A stretch of DNA of 64,000 nucleotides from Cyanophora paradoxa CCMP329 (taxonomy: Eukaryota > Plantae > Glaucophyta), in NCBI GenBank assembly GCA_004431415.1, contig QPMI01000033.1:13545-77544 (forward strand), read 5' to 3'. The notes beneath the pieces are model-generated. The model had not been told where the DNA came from and did not search any database. It saw nothing but the letters and a program-made list of their open reading frames with translations. Below are positions 13,056-22,980 of this stretch, one piece after another (the stretch's first letter is position 1; every line of letters starts with the position of its first letter). Made by a program: the position numbers and the translations under genes.

Positions 13056-15483
13056 ATGGAGTTCATCCCGGTCATCGATGCGCAGGGCAATTACACGTGC
13101 GTGGGAGAGCATAATCTGCATCCTCCCGACCGCTCTGCGACTATCGCCACTGCGTCTGCGAGTCGCTTCAAGCACGCGTCCGATCTCTGACGAAGCGCAC
13201 GCTGATAACAGAAATGCGGTGAACCGCTTCGCGGAGACACTCCGCAGCGGAGATTATTTCTCTGTCTCGGTGCTCGGCGCTCAGTCCACCGGCAAGAGTG
13301 CGCAGCTCATTCCCGGTCGCTCGCTTGCCATCGTTTGGCGGCTCCTCACTCCGCGTCTACGTAGGCACGCTGCTCAACATCCTCTTCGGCACGGGATTCC
13401 CTGTTCTCCAGCCGATCAGCGGACGGACGCAGACCACGAAGGGTGTTTACCTCGCGAAGGCAGCGAACAGCAATGTGCTGGCTGTCGATGTGGAGGGCAT
13501 TGACAGCCGGGAGCGCGAGGGCGAGGTTCGCTGTCTCTCAGCGGTCGCTAGATCGCTCGGAGATTCCGTCCTGTCGCACGCGCGCCCGGTGCCGCACAGC
13601 TGTATTCTCATATCCGATTGCGAGCAGGGCCTGGAAAAGAAGTTCGCGCTGTTCTCGGTCGCCGTCGCGAACGTGGTCATCCTGAACCTTTGGACTCACG
13701 ACGTTGGCCGCCGCGAGGCCTCTAACTATCCCCTTCTCTCGACGGTCTTTGAGGAGTACCTGAAGCTTTTCGGGTCCGTGATCCAGTCAGCGTCTCCTCT
13801 ATGAAACGCTGATTGGTGTTCTGCTCGCGCCCCTCAGCAACCGCAACGCGGCCCCGGCGACGCTTCTTGTTGTTTTCCGTGACCACGACGAGACCTGCCC
13901 CCCTGTCGCCTCTCTGCGGCAGCAGGTTGCGGCTGACCTTCAGGAGATCTGGGAAGGTCTCTCGAAGGTGGGCTGCGCTGTCCACGTAGCTAGAACGGCA
14001 TTGAGGGCTTACGCAATTCTTCTTCGCTCGCAGCCCGCGGGCCGCCAGCTCTCGGACTTCTTCCGGCTGGAGTTCGAGTCGCTTCCCCACTACCGTTACA
14101 ACCGCGCCGGCTTCGACCGCGCCGTTTCTGACCTTCAGAGCCGGTGCCCTTCCTTCCCTACCTTACTCTGAACGAGTGGGCCCTGACCCCCCCCCTTCTG
14201 TAGCTTCCTCGGCGCTGGCCGCGCTGGCTACCTGTTCGGCTCGGACGCGTCTAGCCCCCGCCAGGTCGCGGACAAGCTCCAGGGCACCTGGGTGCGGCCT
14301 TTTCTCCTGCGGATCGTCCTTGCCGCCGCCTGAAGCCGGTCGCAGACGGCGATTAACTCGGACGCGGCGCTGAACGTGCCGAGCGCGCGGGAGCTCTCGG
14401 CGGTTTTCCGCTGCGACGAGGTCATGCAGCAGAAGCTCGGTGACGCGTCGCGCACGTTCGCAAAGTGGCGCCAGCTGGTCAACAACGGTGACACCGTCGA
14501 CGGCCTCGGCAACAAGTCGAAGGAGCTCATCGACACCACCGTCGGTGCGGGTCGCCGCGCCGCATCTCCGCGACGCACGCTCACGCGCGCGCGCGCAGCT
14601 GAGTTCCAGGCGGCGACTGCGGCGTACGCGGCGACCAGCGCACGGGCGCGGAAGGAGGAGGAGCTCCGCAGCGCGCTCTCGGCGGAGCTGTACGGCATCT
14701 ACAGCCAGCAGGTCGTTGCGCTCCGCGACCAGACCTTCGCCCGCATCAAGGCGGCCATCATCCAGTCCACCCCCCTCACCGCCGCCCCCCGCATCTCCGT
14801 GCGCCCCGCCGCCCGCTCCGTCGCCCGCTTGCGCTTGCTTCCTCACGCGAAGCCAGATCACCGAAAGCGACTTCAAGACGCTCCTCGACTCGGCCGAGAA
14901 CTTCTTCACCAAGCAGGCGACGGGTGCGGCCTGCCAAGCCTGCAGCTGCTGCCCGGGCTCTGCAGACTGACGCCCGGGTCCAGAGAGCAAGCCGAAGGAC
15001 TCGGACTGGGCCTTCGATGAGGAGAAGGCGGAGCTGCGCAAGATGATGAGCGAGTTTATCGCGGACAGGCAGAAGGTCCTCAAGTCCATCCCGGGGCCCG
15101 GCCGCGCCAAGCCCGGCTGGTGCGCCCCCCCCCCCCCCCCCCCCCCCCCGCCCCCGCGCCTCGCGCTTTCCCGCTAACGCGCTGCATCAGGTTCCTCTCG
15201 CCCAATGTCGAGTTCAACACGACTTTCTCGCTCCTCACTGCGATCAACCTCGGCCCCCGCCAGACCGTCGGTCAGCTCCCTTCTTTTGAAGCTTCCTCCC
15301 GCGCGCCCCTCAGGCTGGCGGCGGCGCGCAGGCATGCCGCTTGGCGACGACATCGTCGACTCGTCGCCCCTGCCGCCCAACAGCGTCTACTCGGACTCCA
15401 ACGGCGATGCCGGCGTCAACCTCGACAAGGTGCCCCCCACGCCCAAGCCCGCGCCCTCTCGCCCGCGCCTTCTCCACACCTAA
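13056..15483 (+). CDS. SEY1: RHD3/SEY1 (atlastin-like) GTPase homolog, multi-exon; possible extra 5' exons to ~12787
   Basis: VSVLGAQSTGKSTLLNILFGT, QTTKGVY, DVEGIDSRER, EKKFALFS..NLWTHDVGRREASNYPLLSTVFE, SLPHYRY and LNVPSARELSAVFRCDE. Confidence 0.85.
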
Positions 15484-18400
15484 TGGCGGCACCGTCTCCC
15501 AGATCGATTACAGTGGCGGTGACAGCGCTTCTTCCCGTCTCGCGCCCTACTCGCGCAGCTGAGCGGCGGGATTTTTGTCTTGTGTGTGTGGCTATCCAAT
15601 AGAGAGCAGGGCTTCTTTTCAGGTGCCAGTGCTCGCCGAGGCCTCGAAGAAGGGGGGTGGGGGAGGGGAGAGAGAGAGAGAGAGAGAAGAATATATTTTC
15701 TTCATAAAGAGAGGGCCTGGCCCAGTGGAGGCTCAGCGGCTTACACAGAAGGGGCCCCGTATGGAATTGATGTATACATACTCTTCCGCAATCATTGAAT
15801 GTATTCTTCGACCCCCGCCGCAATGTGTACGTACTACGGTATTTCCCGACGCCGTGTTCGAATTCGCGATCGAGTGGATCATGGAGCGCGCGCAATCGAG
15901 ATGCGCCCCGGCGGGCGCGTCTCCAGACGCCGCGGCGCATATGCATTGATATCGATTGATACCGCACTGCGGCACGCATGTGTCAGAAGTGGTTTGTGCA
16001 GGCACATCATGGCATGTACAGCGGCATGCGCACAGCTTGTCGCCGGCTCTCAGAGTCTGGTCTAAACTATAGCGCTAGCTAGCTCTCCGGATCCGTGCCT
16101 CTTATGCATACTATGATATGTACAGAACTAGTCTATAGCTAGTGGTTAAGTAACGTACACTATACGTATACATGTGCATGTATTCGACATCGATGCATCA
16201 TGGCATGCGCAGACACTGAGATCTAGAAATACGCAAACCATTCAAGGATGAAAGCTTCGAATTCAATTGCAAGGCTTCAAAGGCGTAGTTGGAGCTAGAG
16301 ATGAAAGTCGAGGTTCAAAGCTTGCAATTGAGAGGCGCTCGCGATCGCGATTGAATTGATTATTGGCAGAAGAAGTACTAGTACAGCGTTGAGGTGCTCA
16401 AAACGCGTTGAAATGGAGAAGACGCGTTTATCTACAAGAAAAGAAACTGCTCTGAAAAGAAAGGAATTTACAAGAAAGAAAGGCATGGGAGCGACGGAAA
16501 TCAGAAAACCAGAGGCCAGGCCAAGGCGAAATAAAACAAGATGAGAGCAATTAGGGCGGCGGGGGGGCTTACAGGACCTCGACGCGAAGTTCGGAGGCGT
16601 CGGAGGCGGCGGCGGCGGTGGGGAGCAACTCAGGCGGGGCGCTCGAGCGGCGCCCCGCCCGCCGCTCCCCGCCCGCCCCGGCCGGCCCCGCACCGGCGCC
16701 GGGCCCACGGCAGCGTTCCCGGCCATGACCGGATCGGAGGAGAGGCGACGCGGGGGTCCGGCGAATGCGGCGGCCCCGGCGGCGGCGCTGCCGGCGCGGG
16801 GCTACCAGGGACAAGAGGGCTGCTCTTGCCGCTGCAGGGCCCGCTCGCAGCGCCGGCGGGGCCGGCGGCCGGCCCTGCGTTGCCGCCGCCGCACTTGGCG
16901 AGCATGGCGAGGATGCCGGCGCGCGTCTGGGCGGGGTCGGGGCGTGTGAGCGGGCGGGCCGGAGGGTGCGGGGCGGGACGGGGCGGGGCGGGGCGCTACG
17001 ACGGGCTTGACGAGGAGCTCCTGCATGCCGGCCTCCAGCACGTTCGCGTGGTCTGCCGCCCGCCCCTCAGCCCCGCACGCGGGTGTCGGCGCGGCGCCCG
17101 GCGCGCCCTGAGAGGAGAGGGCGGTGCAGGCGACGATGAAGGTGCGGGGCGCCGCGCCGGGGCGCCCCCGCTCGAGCTCCCGGATGCGCCGCGTCGCCCC
17201 GATCCCGTCCAGCCGCGGCATCGACACTGCGCCGGCGTCAGGCGGCAGGCTCCGGGCGGGCGCACGGCCCCGCACCGTCCATGAAGACGATGTCGAAGGG
17301 GGCGGCGGCAGGCGCCCCCGGGGGTCCGGGGCGGCGAGGCGGCGGGCGAAGACCTCCACCGCCTCCTCCCGTCCTCCGCCACCTGCACCTGCGCCCGCCG
17401 CCCGCCCAGCGTCAAGCCCCCGGCGCCCCCTGAGGGCGCTCGCCGGGGCGGGTGGCCCCCAGAGGAGAGCGCGGGGCGCACGCGGTGGCCCTCCCGCGCG
17501 AGGAGCGCCTTCAGCACGCGCCGGTTCATCGCTGCGGGGGCGGCGGGGGCGGCGTGGGCGGCGTGGGCGGCGGGGCGGCGGGGGCGGGCGGGGCGGGGGC
17601 ACCGTTGTCGTCGGCGACGAGGACCTCGAGGGGCGGGGGCGCGCCCCCGGCCCCGCCTCCTCCCGCTCCAGCGAGGCCCGCGCCGCCGGCGAGGCCGGCC
17701 CAGCGCCCCCGCGCCCCGATCCCCGCCCCGATGCCGGCCCCCGCGCACTCGCCGGCCGAGCAGACGGAGAGGAAGCGCTCGCGGTCGCCCGCGTCGCTCA
17801 TCGAGGGCGGCGGGGTGAGCGACGGCGCCCACCGCTCGCCCCGCTCCGCCGCCCGCCGCCCCGCCCCGCCAGCCGGCGGGGCGGCCGCTTCTGCGAGCAA
17901 CGCAGTCGCGAGGGGCCCAGAAAGCGCCTCCGGCGGAGCCACCGAGGGCGCACCTTCGACGGCGGCCGGGGGGAGCTCGATCGGGGGCGGGCCCGGGGCG
18001 GCGTTGAGGGGCGGGGGCCGCCCGTCGGGTCCGCGCGAGGGCGGCGAGCACTGCGAGTCGGAGCGGACGCGCCGCAGAGTCGGCATGAAGAGCACCCGCG
18101 TCGAGGCCGCCGCGAGGGGCGTCGAGCGCGGCCGCAGGAGCGCCGAGGGGGAGGGCGACGGCGAGCGCTCCGGGCCCGAGCGCGGGGCGGCTCCCGTGAG
18201 GGCCTCAATCTGCGGCGCAGCCCGGCCCCGTAAGCTCGACCTCACGGCCGCGGAGGAGCGTTCCTCCGCAAAGAGCGCGGTGCCGACCGTCTCGAGGAGA
18301 ATGCTCTTCCGGATGGGTTTCGTGAGCTGCCCCGCCCCCCGGCGAGGGCGCGGCCAGGCGCGGGAGAGGGCGGGGGCGCGCGCCGGCGCGCATGCGCACC

Positions 18401-21369
18401 CACTTGTCCATGCCGGCGCTGAGGCAGGCGGCCCCGTCCTCCGTGCTGGCGCCCCGGTGAGGGAGGCACGATGCGAGGGCAGGGCGGGTGCGATGCGAGG
18501 GCAGGGCGGGTGCGATGCGGCGGCGGGCGCTCCTCTCTGGCGGCGTGCGCGGGCGGCGGACCTGGCGTGGCCGGTGAGGGCGACAATGAAGTGGCGGCGC
18601 CAGCCGCGCGCCCGCTCCAGCGCCCGGATCCGCCGCGTCGCCTCGAAGCCTGCGCCCCGCCCCCGCCCCGGTCCCCGCCGGCGCCCCGCGCGGGAGCACG
18701 GGCGCCGCGCGGCAAGGCGTCGCGGACCGTCCCTGCGCGCTCGACGGTTAGGCGCCGGCGGGTGGGCGGTGCGCGTCGGCGGGCGGGAGCACACATGACG
18801 GGCATGGAGCACTGCCGGCGACGAGGCGGGCGGGGCGGGGCCATCAGGGGCGGGCGGGGGCGGCGTGGGGCGGGGCGGGCGGCGGGGCGGTGGGCTCGGG
18901 GGCGCACGTCCATGAAGACGAGGTGGAAGCAGTCGGGCGCCCCCGCTGCCTCGAAGGCCTCCACCGCCTGCCCGCCCCGCCCCCCGCCTCCTCAGTCGGG
19001 GCGGGGGCGGGGCGGGGGCGGGGGCGGGGCGCGCCTCGCGGCCGTTGCGGGCCTCGGTCACGCGGTGGCCCTCCTTCTCGAGCATCGTGCGCAGCACGCG
19101 CAGGTTCCTGCCGCCGCCCTCCAGCCCCGCGCGGCGCGGGGCCGGCGGGGGCGGGGCGGGCGCACATGGCGTGGTCCTCCACGACAAGAATCGAGAGGGC
19201 GGCGGCCGCGGCGGGGCCGGGGGCGGGGCGGGCGACCCCCGGGCCCCCGCGGGAGGCCCCAGGGCTCGACGGCGCCGGGTGGAGGAGGGCGGAGGAGGCG
19301 GGGGCGAGGGGCGCGGGGGCGGGATGGCGCTCGGGGTGGCGGGGAGGACGGCGAGGAGCGAGGCGGGACGGGTGGCGAGGAGGGCGTCGGGGCGGGCCCG
19401 CCGGCCTCGAAGTCGGCGCGGACGGCGAGGGTCGCGGGGCTCAGCGGGGCCCCCCGGGGAGCGCCGCCCGCAGCGGCACCGTGAAGTAGAACGTGCTGCC
19501 GCGCCCCACCTGGCCAGCCCCGGCGGCCTTGTGAGGCGCGCCCGCTTCGCCCCGAGGGCGCCGCGCACCTCGCTCGCGCAGCCGATCTCCCCGCCCATCT
19601 TCGTCACGATCTCGCGGCTGATGGCGAGGCCGAGCCCTGCGGCCCCCGCTCGCGCCGGCCCCGGGGCGGGGGCGTCGGGTGGCGTGGCACCGGTGCAGCC
19701 GGGGTCGGCGCCGCGGGCGGGGTCGTGCTGCACGCGGTAGAAGCGCGTGAAGAGCTGCTGGCGCGCCTCCAGCGCGATCCCCGGCCCTGCCCGCACCGCC
19801 CCTCGGCGCTCGGCGCTGCAGGGCGCAGGGAGCGCGGGGGCGGGCGGGGCACCGGAGTCGAGGACGGCGAACTCGCAATTGAGGAAGCGCTGCGGGGCGC
19901 CGGGCTCCTCCACGCTCGGCTCCACGCCGGGCGGCCCGTGCTGCGAGGCCCCGGCGAGGTGGCCGCCGAGGGCCGGGGGGCGGCGGCGGCGAGGGCGGCG
20001 GCGCCGTGGACCGAGGCGTCCACGACGACGGCGTCGGCCGCCTCCGCCTCCACCGTCACCAGCACCTGCGCGGGGTCGCTCGGGCGGTGGCGGCCGGCCG
20101 GCGGGCAGGCGGGCGGGCGGGGCCGGGGGCGCGCCTCGACGGAGCCCCGCAGCGTGTACTTGACCGCGCTGCCGCCACCGGCTTCAGAGGCGCGGGGGAG
20201 GCGAGGGGCGGGGCCCACTTGGAAACGAGGTTGAGGAGGCACTGGCGCGTGCGGTCGGCGTCCCCGACGACGACCTGCGGGGCAGCGCGCGGGGCGCTCA
20301 CGGGCGCCCCCCGCCGGCGGCTGCGAGCGGGGGCGGGGCGGACGGCGGGGACGTCGTCGGCGATGACGGCGGCGAGGAGGAGGCCCTTGGCGGACGCCCG
20401 CGGCGCCACGATCCGCACCGACGCCTCCACCTGCCGCCCCGCGCCCCGCCCCTCAGCGCCCCGCCGCGCCCGGGAGAGCGAGGGCGAGGCGGGCACGATC
20501 TCGGCGACGCGCATGGGCCCCGACTGGAGCTCGATGAGGCCGGCCTCGATCTTCTGCAGGTCCAGCACGTCGTTCACGATCGAGAGGAGGTGCTCTGCGG
20601 CGCGCGATCGCGAGGTGATCCACGAGGCGCGAGGGCGCTCCCCCGCGATCCCTCGACCCCCCGCACCGCCCGAGAGGCTCGCCGCCTCGACGAATTCGGC
20701 CGCCTCCGCCGGCAGCGTGCAGTCGCGCGCCAGCTGCAGCATCCCCAGGATCCCGTTGAGCGGCTGCACCAGCCGGGGGGGTTGGCGACTCGTAGTCATT
20801 GGAGGTGCTGGCAGCAGGGCGTGGGGCGCGAGCGGGCGCACCGTGCGCATCTCGTGGGACATGGTCGAGATGAATTTGCGCGTCTCGTCGGCGCGCACCT
20901 CCATCTCGAGCTTCGTCTTGCGCTCCGCGAGGAGGGAGCGCATGAGCGCGAGCTCCGTGGCGCTCATCTGAGGCGCCGCGTCGCGACGAGGGCGCGGGGC
21001 GGGGCGGGGCGGGGCGGGGCACCTCGCGGAAGGCGGCGAAGCCGGAGCGCATGGCGCGGACGGCCTCCTCGAAGGCCTCGAGCTCCCGCAGGCCGCTCCC
21101 CAGCGCCACCGACTGCCGCGCCCGCGCCCCGCGCCCCGCCCCCGCCGCCCCGGCCCCTCCTCCCGCTCCCCTTCCAGTTCCGTGGGCGGGCAGGAGGAGG
21201 GGGAACCCACGCGAGGTCGCCCCATGAGGCCGGCGCCGCCGCCACGCGCGCCTCCCGCCGCAGCGCCCGCCGCGCCCGCCCGCACAGCCGCCCCAGCAGC
21301 GCCCCGGCGCCCCCGCGCCGTCCGGCGCCCCAGCGGCTTCTGCGGCTGCTGCTCCGGAGGGGCTGCGGA
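15125..21369. repeat. Tandem segmental duplication, copy 1 (~6.25 kb: SEY1 3' end, intergenic, kinase 3' half)
   Basis: Near-identical to ~21874-30429. Homology begins in a poly-C tract and ends at ...ggctgcgga (21369 / 30429). Confidence 0.95.
16569..21369 (-). pseudogene. 5'-truncated copy of the membrane hybrid histidine kinase (HisKA-HATPase-REC-REC only)
   Basis: Same exons as 25515-30429, but breaks off at 21369 before the HAMP, TM and sensor regions. It also lacks ~100 bp present in the other copy near 28215-28335. Confidence 0.8.
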
Positions 21370-21694
21370 AGGCCCTATTTATTTAGCAGTCGGATTGCCG
21401 CAAGTGAACTGTGAACTGAACCTAGAAGCAGTTGATTTATATTATACTATGATTATTCAAAGCCTTTCAAATTTTCGAAGTTTGCCTCGCGCTCTTCTAT
21501 CCGATGATCGATTGTGATTCAATGATTATCATAGCTTGATAGAAGCCTTGCTAATATTCATGCGCGCATACGTATACATTCCCCTTGATTATAACTAGGT
21601 TATATACAATTGGACCCCCCTCCCCCCTCCCCCCCCCCTTCCCTCCCCCTCCCTCCCCCCCCCCCCCCTCCCTGCCCCTCCCTCGAGCTCCCCT

Positions 21695-21875
21695 CCCCGA
21701 GCCGGCCGCGGCACGAGCGAGCGCCGCACAGACTTTCTGGAGCGCTGCTTCCTGCCGAGTGACCCGGCGGCCATAGCCCTTCTCAAGGCCGGGCCTGCCT
21801 CGGGCCGCCCGTACCTCACCACTGCATGCTAGCTGCCGACGTACGCGTACGCGTGCCGCCCGCCCCGCCGCCTCC
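21695..21875 (+). pseudogene. Diverged inverted copy of one PAP2 gene exon (source ~36790-36949) inside the duplication junction
   Basis: ...cag actttctggagcgctgcttc...gcctgcctcgggccgcccgtacctcaccactgc matches the reverse complement of the DFLERCFP..GRPYLTTAD exon, with several substitutions and small insertions. Confidence 0.8.
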
Positions 21876-22980
21876 CCCCCCCCTCCCCCCCCCCCCCCCC
21901 GCGCCTCGCGCTTTCCCGCTAGCGCGCTGCATCAGGTTCCTCTCGCCCAATGTCAAGTTCAACACGACTTTCTCGCTCCTCACTGCGATCAACCTCGGCC
22001 CCCGCCAGACCCTCGGTCAGCTCCCTTCTTTTGAAGCTTCCTCCCGCGCGCCCCTCAGGCTGGCGGCGGCGCGCAGGCATGCCGCTTGGCGACGACATCG
22101 TCGACTCGTCGCCCCTGCCGCCCAACAGCGTCTACTCGGACTCCAACGGCGATGCCGGCGTCAACCTCGACAAGGTGCCCCCCACGCCCAAGCCCGCGCC
22201 CTCTCGCCCGCGCCTTCTCCACACCTAATGGCGGCACCGTCTCCCAGATCGATTACAGTGGCGGTGACAGCGCTTCTTCCCGTCTCGCGCCCTACTCGCG
22301 CAGCTGAGCGGCGGGATTTTTGTCTTGTGTGTGTGGCTATCCAATAGAGAGCAGGGCTTCTTTTCAGGTGCCAGTGCTCGCCGAGGCCTCGAAGAAGGGA
22401 GGGGGGGAGGGGAGAGAGAGAGAGAGAGAGAAGAATATATTTTCTTCATAAAGAGAGGGCCTGGCCCAGTGGAGGCTCAGCGGCTTACACAGAAGGGGCC
22501 CCGTATGGAATTGATGTATACATACTCTTCCGCAATCATTGAATGTATTCTTCGACCCCCGCCGCAATGTGTACGTACTACGGTATTTCCCGACGCCGTG
22601 TTCGAATTCGCGATCGAGTGGATCATGGAGCGCGCGCAATCGAGATGCGCCCCGGCGGGCGCGTCGACGTCTCCAGACGCCGCGGCGCATATGCATTGAT
22701 ATCGATTGATACCGCACTGCGGCACGCATGTGTCAGAAGTGGTTTGTGCAGGCACATCATGGCATGTACAGCGGCATGCGCACAGCTTGTCGCCGGCTCT
22801 CAGAGTCTGGTCTAAACTATAGCGCTAGCTAGCTCTCCGGATCCGTGCCTCTTATGCATACTATGATATGTACCGAACTAGTCTATAGCTATAGCTAGTG
22901 GTTAAGTAACGTACACTATACGTATACATGTGCATGTATTCGACATCGATGCATCATGGCATGCGCAGACACTGAGATCT

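Noticed and set aside
16295-16726. Hydrophobic ORF (also 25241-25852) as a membrane protein
   Set aside because: It lies in the T-rich 3' flank of the kinase gene; the Phe/Leu richness follows from base composition.
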